A stretch of 64,000 nt of DNA from an uncultured Chloroflexia bacterium (GTDB lineage Bacteria; Chloroflexota; Anaerolineae; Anaerolineales; Villigracilaceae): positions 14,812-78,811 of the forward strand of contig CAWHAM010000007.1 of NCBI GenBank assembly GCA_963827305.1, in the 5' to 3' direction. The position numbers and the translations under genes were made by a program. Shown one piece after another: positions 9,586-19,963 of this stretch; position 1 is the first letter of the stretch, and each line of letters starts with the position of its first letter. The notes below the pieces were generated by a model, which saw nothing but the letters and a program-made list of their open reading frames with translations, ran no database searches and was not told where the DNA came from.

Positions 9586-11166
9586 TCACTCCTTCTCATC
9601 CTGGGGAGACGCGGGTTTCGTTGGATTCGAATGCTCACGGGGATTTACCGACAGCCTCACAATAACTTTCGTCCCCTTACCTGGCGAACTGTCGATCTGC
9701 AATGTCCCTCCGATCTTCTGGCAACGCTCCTTCATTCCGGTGATGCCAAACCCTCCGCGTGCATGATCCAACGCGGGTTCGAAACCCACCCCGTCATCGG
9801 ATATTTCCATCGCAATTGCATCATTCCCATATTGTAAACGAATACGAACATGCTCCGCGTGAGCATGCTTGAGAGCATTGTTCAAAGCTTCCTGCGCGAT
9901 GTTGTAAAGTTCCGCCTGGACCTGACACGACATTTGTTCACTGCCTTCTACCAGCATTTCGACCTGCATCCCGCCGCGTCTTTCCACTGCGTCTAGCCGT
10001 GCCTGCAATGCTGCTGTGAGTCCGTCCAGTCCAAGGGCAGGCTCGTGCAGCTCGAAGATGAGCAGGCGCATTTCCCGCAGGGCTTCCTGGGCGGTGTCGC
10101 GCAATTCGCGCAAATGCCCTGCCGCCGTCTCCGTTTCACCGGAATCAAGTAATTCTGCCGCGGCTTCGGCATACAGGGTGACGCTATACAGCAATTGCGT
10201 CACCGAATCGTGCAATTCGCGCGCCAGACGGGTGCGTTCCTCAGAAACCGCCATATCCTGCCGTCTGTGTAACAGACTTTGTAATTCTCGCGCCATATTG
10301 TTCAACCGTTGGGCGAATTGCGATATCTCGTCTCCGGCAGCGTCATCCAGGTAGTGTGAAAAATCGCCCTCGCTCCAACGATCGGTGGTGGAAGATAAAT
10401 GTTCTAGCCGTTTTACCAGTCCATGGGAGATGAAGTAACCAAAGACTGCTCCCATGATCCCTGTAAACAGAAGAAATACGACCAGGCTCCTTCCAGCAAC
10501 GTCAAAGAGATAGCGGGGAACATCCTGCTGGGTGGGAACGGCGTCGATAAGAATCACGATGACGCCCGTCACCTGTTTTGGATCCCCGCCGGCGCGGTTG
10601 AAGCACGGGGCGGCGAATACATAGCGTTGATCCTTTTTAAGTTCGGCGTATAAAAGATTCGGATCTGTTGTTCCCGCCAGCGCGGATCGAAATGGTTCAT
10701 CCAGACCTGGAACGCGTGCAGGATCAAACACCTTGCCAACCTGGTCGCGAAATGCTGGATCATCCGGGACTGAGGCTCCCAGGAGGGTGCCATCGGGTTT
10801 GAAGACTGCAATACGAAGCTCAGCTATTGTCGACGCTGTGACCCTCACCTGTCCGATGTGTAATAACTGATACTGAGCGAAGACTGATTGCATTTTGGTC
10901 AACATGCGGTTGACCAGTTTTAGGTCCTGCGGCGTTTGTGAAAGGGTCTGGCAATAATACAAGTAAGAGCTGGTTTCGTTTTCGATATTCATAAAACCGT
11001 CAATGTAATTCGTGGGAGAATACCCGGGAGACATATAGACTTCTGCCTGAAATATGCGGATCAACAGAATCCCTCCCAGCACGAGTGTGATGATCAGCAG
11101 AGTGCCCACTGCCACCAGGGTGTAGTTCAAAGTCAGTCTCCAGCGAAGTTGACGAAAAATGTTCAT
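9586..11166 (-). CDS. sensor histidine kinase (HAMP, HisKA_3, HATPase_c)
   Basis: Two TM helices flanking an extracytoplasmic domain, H-box LARELHDSVTQ, N-box EALNNALKHA, G-boxes DDGVGF and GFGITGMKER. Confidence 0.9.
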   Translation of the reverse strand: MNIFRQLRWRLTLNYTLVAVGTLLIITLVLGGILLIRIFQAEVYMSPGYSPTNYIDGFMNIENETSSYLYYCQTLSQTPQDLKLVNRMLTKMQSVFAQYQLLHIGQVRVTASTIAELRIAVFKPDGTLLGASVPDDPAFRDQVGKVFDPARVPGLDEPFRSALAGTTDPNLLYAELKKDQRYVFAAPCFNRAGGDPKQVTGVIVILIDAVPTQQDVPRYLFDVAGRSLVVFLLFTGIMGAVFGYFISHGLVKRLEHLSSTTDRWSEGDFSHYLDDAAGDEISQFAQRLNNMARELQSLLHRRQDMAVSEERTRLARELHDSVTQLLYSVTLYAEAAAELLDSGETETAAGHLRELRDTAQEALREMRLLIFELHEPALGLDGLTAALQARLDAVERRGGMQVEMLVEGSEQMSCQVQAELYNIAQEALNNALKHAHAEHVRIRLQYGNDAIAMEISDDGVGFEPALDHARGGFGITGMKERCQKIGGTLQIDSSPGKGTKVIVRLSVNPREHSNPTKPASPQDEKE

Positions 11167-11236
11167 GTCTGCCTGCTCATGTTAATGGTTTGCATAGAAA
11201 GTGTTACAACAGGAAACTACTATATCCTGTTTCTGC

Positions 11237-14200
11237 CTAAGGTGAACTAGATCCCTTTGGTTTGGATTGCTCACGGAGATTTTCCGGCACTCTCACGATA
11301 ACTTTGGTTCCCTTGCCCGGCGCGCTGTCGATCTGCAATGTCCCCCCAATATTCTGGCAACGTTCCTTCATCCCTGAAATACCAAACCCTCCGCCCGCAC
11401 GATCCTGTGCAGGGTCGAAGCCGACCCCATCATCGGAAATTTCCATTTCAGTTATATCAGCCTGGAATTGCAATCGAATTCGAACAGAATTCGCATGAGC
11501 ATGCTTAAGTGCATTGTTCAAAGCTTCCTGGGCGATGTTGTAAAGCTCGGCCTGGACCGGGCGCGATAATTGTTCACTGCCTTCGATCTGCAATTCGGCG
11601 TGGAACCCGCCGCGCCTTTCCACTGCGTCCAGGCGTGCCTGCAGGGCTGCTGCGAGCCCAGCCTGTCCAAGGGCGGGTTGGTGCAGCTCGAAGATGAGCA
11701 GGCGCATTTCCCGCAGGGCCTCCTGGGCGGTGTCACGTAATTCGCGTAAATGCCCTGCAGCAGTTTCTGTTTCGCCTGAATCCAGTAATACTGCCGCAGC
11801 CTCGGCGTAAAGAGTGACGCTGTACAATAATTGGGTCACCGAATCATGTAATTCCCGCGCCAGACGTGTGCGTTCGGTTGTCACCCCGGTCTGTTCAGCC
11901 TGCTCATATAGCTGTGCGTTTACCACTGCCATACCGACTTGCTGGCTGATCGCAGTAAGTAAAGACAATTCTTCTTGTGTGATCTCGCGTATTTCCCAAG
12001 CAGCGAGGGTAAGCGCACCGACAAGTTTTCCTTGCACGAGAAGAGGTACGTTAATTGCCAGTCGAACCCTTGCTTGCTCGATTGCTTTTCTTATTTGTGG
12101 GTTGGGATGATTGTTAACCAGACGGACATCCGGCCTCCCCGTCTTGACGGTTTCTCCAATCAAGGTCGAATTCAATGGTAGGACTTTAACGATGTTGATG
12201 TAGTCGTCCGACACACCACGGTGGGCAAGCAAACGTAATAAAGGGCCATCCGGGGTTCCGCTATCTGTCTCCTCCAGCCGGTAAGCCAACCCACCATCCA
12301 TGTGCATGACCTCAATCGTCTTATCCAGCGCAGCGTTCAGGATCTCGGTTAGATCCAATGAGCGGTTCACAACCTCAGAGATTGTATTGAGGGTTGCCAA
12401 CTCGTGGGTCCGCTGCTCGACCCTCTTTACGAGTTCACGGTTCCTGGCTTCAATATCCCTGACGCGCAGCCGGTAGCCGCCGAAGGCACCACCGGCAACA
12501 ACCAGACAGATAATCCCCAAGAACCACCATGTTTCCCAAAATGGCGGCGTGATGTGGATATGAATGGCCGTCCCCTGGGAGTTCCATATGCCGTCGTTAT
12601 TTGAGGCTTTCACCCAGAAAGTGTAATTTCCCCCCCGCAGGTTGGTGTAACTGGCATAGCGGCGCGTCCCGGCATAGACCCAGTCTTGATCCACCCCCTC
12701 CAGCATGTACGCGTACTGGTTCTTTTCCGGAGCGTTGTAATCCAGGGCGGCAAATTCAAAGGAAATAAAATTGTCACGATAGGAAAGCTGAATGATTTCG
12801 TTTGGATTCAGATCCGTCTGGACAGTCTGGTTAAACTTCTGGAATGCGGTGATCATCAGCGGAGGTGGAATCGGATTATCCACCACTTGGGCCGGATAGA
12901 ACGCATTCAGGCCCTGCGTGCCTCCAAAAAACATTTCCCCCTCCCTGCTTTGGAAGTAAGCACCTGAATTGAATTGATCTCCTTGTAACCCGTCGCTGAT
13001 GTCGTAATTTCTGAATATCTTAGTGCTCGGGTCAAACTTTGACAAACCCTTGTTGGTGCTCAACCACAGGTCCCCGCTTGGGTCTGCCAGGATGCCATAG
13101 ACCGTGTCGTCCGGCAGACCATCCTTCTGGCTGTAATGAATAAATGAATGGGTGGTGCGATCGAAACGGTTTAAGCCGCCTCCGAAGGTCCCGACCCAGA
13201 TGTTCCCTTGTTTATCTTCGATAATGCAACTCACTTCATCGCTACTGAGGCTTAATGAATTCTTGGGATCATTACGATAGACGGTAAAGTGGTCCGACTG
13301 GCCGTCCCATAGATCGATTCCTCCTCCGAGTGTGCCAATCCATAAAACCCCGGTATGGTCCTCGGTGATCGCTCTAACGTTATCTTCGCTCAGACTCAAC
13401 GGATCGTTGCCATCATGCTGGTAATGGATAAAGGTTCCTTTGGCCTGGTCAAATCGGTTAAGGCCTCCGCGCTGGGTGCCGATCCACAACCTGCCCAGAT
13501 GATCTTCAAAAATTGAAAAAACATCGTCATTGCTCAAGGTGGTAGGGTCTGCGCTGTCATGCCGGTAGGCTATGAAGGTCCCTGTCTGCGCATCGAACCG
13601 GTCCAGGCCGCCGCGTTCCATTCCAACCCACAAGTTACCATTGTGGTCCTCCAATATCGCCCGGATTTCATTTCCGCTCAGACTGTTCGGATCTCCGGGA
13701 TTGTTCTGGTAGACGGTGACTGTGCCCGATTTGGGATCCAGGCGGTCAAGTCCTGCGAAGAACGTACCCACCCACAGGCTGCCAAGGTGATCTTCGTAGA
13801 TCGACCAGACGTTGTTATCGCTCAAGCTGTTCGGAAGGTCCGGTTCGTGCTGATACAAGGCGAATTTTTGGGTTGCGCGAGAATATTTATTTAACCCACC
13901 GGAGGTTCCTATCCATAGCACACCTGAGCGGTCTTCATAAATGGAGCGGATTGAATCGCTGGCCAGGCTGTTAGGATCGTTCGGGTCGTGGATATGATTG
14001 ATAAATCGATTTTGCGTTTTGTCGAAAAGATCGAGACCTTTTCTGGTTCCAAACCAGAGTCCCCCTTTGGAGTTTTCCAGAAAACAAGTCACTGAATCAT
14101 CACTGAGGCTTTCAGGGATATTTGGGTCATGATGATATTGGGTCAATAGGTTCTGGCTGCGATTCCATTCGAATAATCCGCTAGCTGTTCCAATCCACAA

Positions 14201-14959
14201 TGCTCCCTGCCCATCCTCGGCGATGGACAACACACTACCATTGCCAATGAATGTCGAACCTGCGACAGGTTGCCCGAAGGAAAGCGCGAATTTCGCATTG
14301 ATGGGGTCGAAATGATCCAGACCAGAATCGGTTCCAATCCACAACTCTCCGGTTTGATCCTCATAAATTGCGTTGATTGAATTTCCGGATATGGATTGAG
14401 GATCATCTGGAGAGTGCTTATATATTTTTGACTGGTTTGTGGTCAGGTTTAGCGCAATGAGCCCTCCCCCATCCCCCCCGACCCAAAGTGTTCCTGCACG
14501 ATCCTGGAAAATGACGGAGATCGATTGCCCTTTTAGACCAGCCGATCCTGCCAGATCCTGCGGGTAGTGCAAAAATGAGCCCGTTTTGGGATCGAACCGG
14601 TCCAATCCCAGCCTGGTTCCAACCCACAAAGCCCCTTGATTGTCCTGGTACAAAGCTTGAACTAGATTATCCGAAAGTGTTTTGGAATCATCGGCATCGT
14701 GTTTGTAAACAGTAAATTGATAGCCATCATACTTGTCAAGCCCCCCTTCTGTCGCAAACCACATGAACCCCTTTTGGTCTTGTAAAATGGCATGTACCGT
14801 GCTTTGGGACAGCCCCTGCTCGGTGGAAATATTCTCAAATCGGACGGGTTTGGATTGGCCGGAAACAGGGATGGTGAAAATGGGGCTGAACAGGATTAAT
14901 ATGACAGCCAACGCGACCAATGTCCGAAGCAGGAGGTGCCTTACCCCGTACGCTTTCAC
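11237..14959 (-). CDS. large sensor histidine kinase (Reg_prop beta-propeller repeats, Y_Y_Y-like domain, TM, GAF, HisKA_3, HATPase_c)
   Basis: 1240 aa. About 700 aa of recurring blade motifs (LW(I/V)GT..GL.(R/K)FD), TM WWFLGIICLVVAGGAFGGY, a GAF-like segment, then a transmitter about 85 percent identical to 9586..11166. GTG start. Confidence 0.9.
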   Translation of the reverse strand: MKAYGVRHLLLRTLVALAVILILFSPIFTIPVSGQSKPVRFENISTEQGLSQSTVHAILQDQKGFMWFATEGGLDKYDGYQFTVYKHDADDSKTLSDNLVQALYQDNQGALWVGTRLGLDRFDPKTGSFLHYPQDLAGSAGLKGQSISVIFQDRAGTLWVGGDGGGLIALNLTTNQSKIYKHSPDDPQSISGNSINAIYEDQTGELWIGTDSGLDHFDPINAKFALSFGQPVAGSTFIGNGSVLSIAEDGQGALWIGTASGLFEWNRSQNLLTQYHHDPNIPESLSDDSVTCFLENSKGGLWFGTRKGLDLFDKTQNRFINHIHDPNDPNSLASDSIRSIYEDRSGVLWIGTSGGLNKYSRATQKFALYQHEPDLPNSLSDNNVWSIYEDHLGSLWVGTFFAGLDRLDPKSGTVTVYQNNPGDPNSLSGNEIRAILEDHNGNLWVGMERGGLDRFDAQTGTFIAYRHDSADPTTLSNDDVFSIFEDHLGRLWIGTQRGGLNRFDQAKGTFIHYQHDGNDPLSLSEDNVRAITEDHTGVLWIGTLGGGIDLWDGQSDHFTVYRNDPKNSLSLSSDEVSCIIEDKQGNIWVGTFGGGLNRFDRTTHSFIHYSQKDGLPDDTVYGILADPSGDLWLSTNKGLSKFDPSTKIFRNYDISDGLQGDQFNSGAYFQSREGEMFFGGTQGLNAFYPAQVVDNPIPPPLMITAFQKFNQTVQTDLNPNEIIQLSYRDNFISFEFAALDYNAPEKNQYAYMLEGVDQDWVYAGTRRYASYTNLRGGNYTFWVKASNNDGIWNSQGTAIHIHITPPFWETWWFLGIICLVVAGGAFGGYRLRVRDIEARNRELVKRVEQRTHELATLNTISEVVNRSLDLTEILNAALDKTIEVMHMDGGLAYRLEETDSGTPDGPLLRLLAHRGVSDDYINIVKVLPLNSTLIGETVKTGRPDVRLVNNHPNPQIRKAIEQARVRLAINVPLLVQGKLVGALTLAAWEIREITQEELSLLTAISQQVGMAVVNAQLYEQAEQTGVTTERTRLARELHDSVTQLLYSVTLYAEAAAVLLDSGETETAAGHLRELRDTAQEALREMRLLIFELHQPALGQAGLAAALQARLDAVERRGGFHAELQIEGSEQLSRPVQAELYNIAQEALNNALKHAHANSVRIRLQFQADITEMEISDDGVGFDPAQDRAGGGFGISGMKERCQNIGGTLQIDSAPGKGTKVIVRVPENLREQSKPKGSSSP

Positions 14960-15285
14960 AGGCTATGTACCCGTTCCCTTTTCAGTGTTTTGTCCTGTTC
15001 AAGGAAACTCAAACGATAATGGGAGGTGGGAAATTATAGGACTACAATCTGATCATATTGTACCGGAAGGAAAGCGTGAATACAATATGAAATAATGACG
15101 CTTGCCTGGACTTGGGTGAAGAAGGTTCTTGGTCATGGCGCTGGAGCCAGGCAAATGGATTTGTTGAACTATATCAGACTCCATTTGCCTCTCGGTGCTG
15201 TCAGTTTTCCCTCTTGCACCATTACCGCTTGGGCAGGTGGGCAGTTCTTTATGACATAAAATAGCCACATTTTAAGGAGAGAAAA

Positions 15286-15699
15286 ATGGATGAAATAGAA
15301 GTTACTCCCCTCGATGATGATGCTCAGTATATCCGAAAAAAACTAAACGAATACAACTGTAATTTTGTGCAACCGGATAATCACGAAAGGTTATGTTTGG
15401 TTGTCAGGCAAAAAGATAATATTATTGGCAGCCTGGTTGGAGGAACATACTGGAACTGGATGTATATAGAAATGTTCTGGGTGGATGAGAAGGAACGTAA
15501 GAATGGATTGGGGACTCGAATATTGGCAAAGGCAGAAGAGATAGCTGTTCAAAGGGGCTGTAAGAATGCGCATTTGGAGACGCATGATTTCCAGAGTCTT
15601 GATTTTTATAAGAAACGCGAATATGTAGTATTTGGAGAATTGGAGGATCTACCCGAAGGTCATACAAAGTACTATTTGCGCAAGCGACTGGTAAAATAA
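15286..15699 (+). CDS. GNAT family N-acetyltransferase
   Basis: 137 aa. Acetyl-CoA motif (ERKNGLGTRIL) and SD AAGGAG upstream. The gene is AT-rich. Confidence 0.85.
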   Translation: MDEIEVTPLDDDAQYIRKKLNEYNCNFVQPDNHERLCLVVRQKDNIIGSLVGGTYWNWMYIEMFWVDEKERKNGLGTRILAKAEEIAVQRGCKNAHLETHDFQSLDFYKKREYVVFGELEDLPEGHTKYYLRKRLVK

Positions 15700-15887
15700 A
15701 TAGCAAACCCTGCCCAACGATGATTGGCCATCGATAGCTTTGATTTTTAATCCGGATTCTATTCTTAATAAAGCAGGCTGTAAATTGCATAGGTAGACTC
15801 TTGTCCTTAACGAACCATTGCACGCGTAAGTTCACCTTCTCTTTGACACCTCATACCTTCCATCACTCTATGGGACGGTAGATTGAT

Positions 15888-16010
15888 ATGCTGCTTAGAA
15901 GAATTGAAGTTGTACCGTACAATCCTGAATGGCCGTGCCTTTTCGAACAGGAAGCCATCAATTTGCTCGCCCTCTTCGGTCAGGAAGTGTTGGCCATTCA
16001 CCACATTGGT
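15888..16010 (+). pseudogene. GrpB/UPF0157-family gene remnant (N-terminal ~40 codons only)
   Basis: IEVVPYNPEWPCLFEQEAINLLALFGQEVLAIHHIG matches the GrpB N-terminus. Homology stops where the STSVPG motif should follow. Confidence 0.5.
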
Positions 16011-16255
16011 CGATATATTATGGTTTTGAACCGGTTGTCTATTTCGGCAATCATACGACCCATTTTCGCCGGGCTCTTTGAAGCCGCTGCGATCGGGAAC
16101 CTTTGCACCTAATTCATTTCGGCCGAAAAAATTGGCGATTTGGATGAGGCAAGGCGCGTGCTCTGCGAAACTTCTAATATCCGCGAGTTCCTTCCGGAAA
16201 AGGACACCAGGTGGGACGTGGCTTATGAAAAATTCTTAATGATCCTGAGACAAGC

Positions 16256-17425
16256 ATGACCATATCCGCCTCCCAACCCTCCCTCAAGCATTTGTTCTTG
16301 TCTTTTGCGCGCCTTGGTTTGACAGCCTTTGGAGGACCATCCATGATCGCCTATATTCGCAGGGTGTCTGTTGAGCAAAAACATTGGTTGGATACGGAGA
16401 CATTCAACGATAGTGTTGCCCTCTGCCAGATGGTACCTGGCGCAACTGCCATGCAAGTCACGGCTTCCGTCGGGCTGAAAACCAGAGGCATTATCGGGGC
16501 GGCTGTCTGTTATATTGGTTTTGGCCTGCCTGCATTTATTTTGATGATGACCTTCGCGGCTTTGTTTACTGTCACCCACGACCTTCCCTTCGTGGTTTCG
16601 GCCTTCAAAGGGCTGGAAGCAATAATTGTCGCCATAGTCGCGAATGCGACCTTGGTATTTGGCAGAACCACATTAAAAACCTGGAAACACTATCTCATCG
16701 CGGGGTTCGCAGCGGCTTTATTTGGTCTGAATGTGAATCCAGTCCTGGTGATTTTCATGGCTGCAATCATTGGGCTGATCCTCGTCAAACCGAAACAGCC
16801 GGCTCATCAAAAGCCTGTTTCCACCATTGATTTTTCTTTCGTACGTCCATTCTTGTCGATCATCTCCATCGCCCTGGTGGGTTTCCTGCTGCTTTTTATC
16901 TATGATCGTGATCTTTTTAATCTGGCTGTGTTGCTTTTCAGGATCGATCTGACTGCTTTTGGGGGTGGGTTTGCTTCTGTTCCCCTGATGTTCCATGAAA
17001 TCGTGGATGTCCATCACTGGATGGATGGCCCGACTTTCTTGAACGGCATTGTCCTTGGGCAAGTGACACCTGGCCCGATTGTCATAACAGCCACATTTAT
17101 CGGCTACCTGCTGCACGGACCGATGGGTGGATTGGTTGCCACGATCAGCATCTTTCTCCCTTCCTTCCTGGTGGTGATCGGAGCCACCCCATTTTTCGAC
17201 CGGATGCGGGCTTCCGTATTTTTCAACAAGGCGATTGGCGGAGTGCTTTGTTCTTTCGTTGGATTGCTCTTTACGGTCATCTTCCGGTTTTCAGGGAATG
17301 TCCACTGGAATCTGCCATTCCGGCTGCTGGGTGCCAGCGCGTTAATCGCTTTACTCATGAAGGTCGATGTCTTTTGGGTCGTCCTGATCGGATTGGTAAT
17401 CTCAGTATTTCTTTTCATCCTATAG
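16256..17425 (+). CDS. chrA: chromate transporter (two CHR domains)
   Basis: 389 aa. Duplicated CHR motif (LGLTAFGGPSMIAY... and IDLTAFGGGFASVPLM...) in a polytopic protein. Confidence 0.9.
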   Translation: MTISASQPSLKHLFLSFARLGLTAFGGPSMIAYIRRVSVEQKHWLDTETFNDSVALCQMVPGATAMQVTASVGLKTRGIIGAAVCYIGFGLPAFILMMTFAALFTVTHDLPFVVSAFKGLEAIIVAIVANATLVFGRTTLKTWKHYLIAGFAAALFGLNVNPVLVIFMAAIIGLILVKPKQPAHQKPVSTIDFSFVRPFLSIISIALVGFLLLFIYDRDLFNLAVLLFRIDLTAFGGGFASVPLMFHEIVDVHHWMDGPTFLNGIVLGQVTPGPIVITATFIGYLLHGPMGGLVATISIFLPSFLVVIGATPFFDRMRASVFFNKAIGGVLCSFVGLLFTVIFRFSGNVHWNLPFRLLGASALIALLMKVDVFWVVLIGLVISVFLFIL

Positions 17426-17525
17426 AGCAGCATTAACGAAGTTTAGACAGTACTTGGGGCATTTGAAACATAGTACCAAATTGCGCAAATGCGGACAATC
17501 TGATATACTCACCCGGTGAGTATAT

Positions 17526-18080
17526 ATGCCAGAAAAACCTCATCATTCCGGCTCCCGATCGCCAGAGTATGCACTGCTTGGGTTCCTTTGTGAACAGCCC
17601 AACTATGGCTACAACCTCCATCAGCAGCTTATAACCGAACTCGGTCATGTCTGGCGTGTCAGCCAAAGTCAAACGTATGCCATCCTGAAGAGATTGGTAA
17701 ATCAAGGGGATATCTCTTCCAGTACCCTTGAACAGGAAAAACTTCCCCCGCGCCAGATGTTGAAAATAACTGCGAGCGGCCGCCGCCGGTTTAAGGAATG
17801 GCTTCAAACACCCTCCGGCAGCAGCGTGCGTGCCATCCGGCTGGAGTTCATCACCCGCCTGTATTTTGCCCAGAAACTTTTCCCGAAGATGATCCCAAAG
17901 CTGTTCAAAGCCGAGTTTATTGATATCAATTCGGCAATCGCCCGTCTGGAAACGAATCAGAAAGGCATCCCGCCTGAGCAGCCATTCAACCGTCTAAGCC
18001 TGGATCTGCGCATCCGGCAGCTCCATTCTGTTCGTGCCTGGTTGAACGAATGCCGCAAGGCATTTGAAATAAACGCATAG
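17526..18080 (+). CDS. PadR family transcriptional regulator
   Basis: Winged-helix motif PEYALLGFLCEQPNYGYNLHQQL...SQSQTYAILKRLVNQG plus a C-terminal dimerisation part. Confidence 0.85.
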   Translation: MPEKPHHSGSRSPEYALLGFLCEQPNYGYNLHQQLITELGHVWRVSQSQTYAILKRLVNQGDISSSTLEQEKLPPRQMLKITASGRRRFKEWLQTPSGSSVRAIRLEFITRLYFAQKLFPKMIPKLFKAEFIDINSAIARLETNQKGIPPEQPFNRLSLDLRIRQLHSVRAWLNECRKAFEINA

Positions 18081-18091
18081 AGGAAAACATC

Positions 18092-18978
18092 ATGAAAAGA
18101 TTCACAATTCTCGTCCTTTTGATCGGGACTCTTCTGGCCGCCTGCGGACCGGCTGTAACGCCATTGCCCGCTTCCACTGCGGTGCCGCCGACCACGGCGC
18201 CGCCAACTGAGACCCCGTTGCCGCCAACGGCGACCCCGGTCCCGCCCACCGCGACACCTGAACCACGCACCCTGACGGTATTCGCTGCCGCCTCTCTAAC
18301 CGATGCCTTTACCGAGATCGGGCATAATTTCGAGTCCGCCCATCCGGGCGTCAAAGTGGCGCTCAACTTCGCCGGGTCCCAGACACTGAGCACGCAGCTC
18401 ACCCAGGGAGCGGTGGCGGATGTCTTCGCCTCCGCCAACCATACCGAAATGGATAAGATGGTCACCGGCAACCTGGCCCAAAAAGATGCGCCGAAAGATT
18501 TTCTGACCAACCAACTGATCGTTATTCTCCCCAAGGATAATCCAGCCAATGTCCAGACCCTGCAGGATCTGGCCCGCCCCGGCCTGAAGCTTGTCCTGGC
18601 GGATACAACCGTGCCGGCGGGAAAATACGCCCGTCAAATCCTGGACAATATGAGCAAGGTTGCCTCCTTCGGCGCAGACTTTAATACCAAAGTGCTGGCC
18701 AACGTGGTTTCGAACGAGACCGATGTGAAGCAGGTGGTAGCCAAGGTGCAACTCGGAGAGGCAGATGCCGGCATCGTCTACATCTCGGATTCGGTCGCCG
18801 CACCGGAATTAAAACTATTAATATTCCCACGAATTTAAATGTCATTGCCAAGTATCCCATCGCAGCTCTGACCAAAGCCCCGCAGTCTGAGCTGGCGCCA
18901 GAATTCATCACCTTCATCCTCTCGGCGGATGGACAGGCCATCCTAAAGAAGTGGGGCTTTGCCCCAATCGCCCCATAG
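18092..18978 (+). CDS. modA: molybdate ABC transporter substrate-binding lipoprotein, frameshifted at an A-run near 18811-18814
   Basis: Lipobox LLAAC, Pro/Thr linker and ModA motifs (FAAASLTDAF, NFAGS). The track ORF stops at 18838, but the +1 frame continues as ...NIPTNLNVIAKYPIAALTKAPQSELAPEFITFILSADGQAILKKWGFAPIAP, ending at 18978. One extra A would restore the frame. Confidence 0.85.
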
Positions 18979-18990
18979 GCTCAGGCTACT

Positions 18991-19815
18991 TTGCGGCACT
19001 ACTTTCGCAGACTTTCCCTTGAACATAACCCAGGCTGGATATTCATTCTACCCAGCCTGGGTTTAATAGCGTTGCTGGGACTTCCTCTCCTGGCCCTGGT
19101 CTGGCGTGCCATCGGGAAGGATTTCTTCAACAACGTCCTCTCCCCCACTGCTATATCGGCGCTGCAGCTCAGCCTGCTGACCAGCACGATCAGTGTCATC
19201 CTTGCAATTGCTACTGGCACACCCATGGCATACATCCTGGCGCGCTGGAAGTTTCGCAGCAAGTCCGCTCTCGAATTATTGATCGACCTGCCGGTCGTTC
19301 TGCCACCCTCGGTCGCAGGATTGGCATTGCTGATCGCTTTTGGACGCCAGGGCGTCTTCGGGGTCTGGTTGAACGCCATCGGTATTACTTTGCCCTTCAC
19401 AACTGCGGCGGTGGTGATGGCACAGACCTTTGTCTCGGCGCCTCTATTTGTCCGATCGGCGCGGGTGGGCTTTGCCGAGATCGATAAGCAACTGGAAGAG
19501 GCTGCCACCGTGGAGGGGGCGAACGAATGGCAGTTATTCCGCTTTATCATGGTGCCTCTGGCTGGACGCGCTTTTTTGACCGGAGTTATCCTGACATGGA
19601 CCCGGGCCTTAGGCGAATTTGGAGCTACACTCATGTTCGCCGGGAATCTGGAAGGAAGAACCCAAACGATGCCATTGGCTATTTACCTAGGCTTTGAGCA
19701 CGGATTGGGGACGGCAATTGCATTATCTGTGATGCTAGTGGTTGTGTCGATTTTGTTACTTGGGGCGATGAGAAGACTTGAACAGCGTAGCAGGGTTGAA
19801 ACTCATAATCAATAA
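18991..19815 (+). CDS. modB: molybdate ABC transporter permease
   Basis: 274 aa, 5-6 TM, with the EAA-type loop (EEAATVEGANEWQLFRFIMVPLA) typical of ModB/CysT permeases. Confidence 0.9.
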   Translation: MRHYFRRLSLEHNPGWIFILPSLGLIALLGLPLLALVWRAIGKDFFNNVLSPTAISALQLSLLTSTISVILAIATGTPMAYILARWKFRSKSALELLIDLPVVLPPSVAGLALLIAFGRQGVFGVWLNAIGITLPFTTAAVVMAQTFVSAPLFVRSARVGFAEIDKQLEEAATVEGANEWQLFRFIMVPLAGRAFLTGVILTWTRALGEFGATLMFAGNLEGRTQTMPLAIYLGFEHGLGTAIALSVMLVVVSILLLGAMRRLEQRSRVETHNQ

Positions 19816-19963
19816 TCAACTGCTTGAGTAAAAAATGAATGCGCGGCTTATTGCATCTCCATCGACAATTAAAAGACCGTTATCGCTGTCATACATAAAT
19901 CCGGGAGAAAACCTTTCCTACAGGTTGGCTTGTAAACAGTGCGTATACCTGGGACATTCCGTA

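Noticed and set aside
17433-17807. ORF 17433..17807 (-), 124 aa.
   Set aside because: It lies antisense to the well-supported PadR gene and shows no motifs.
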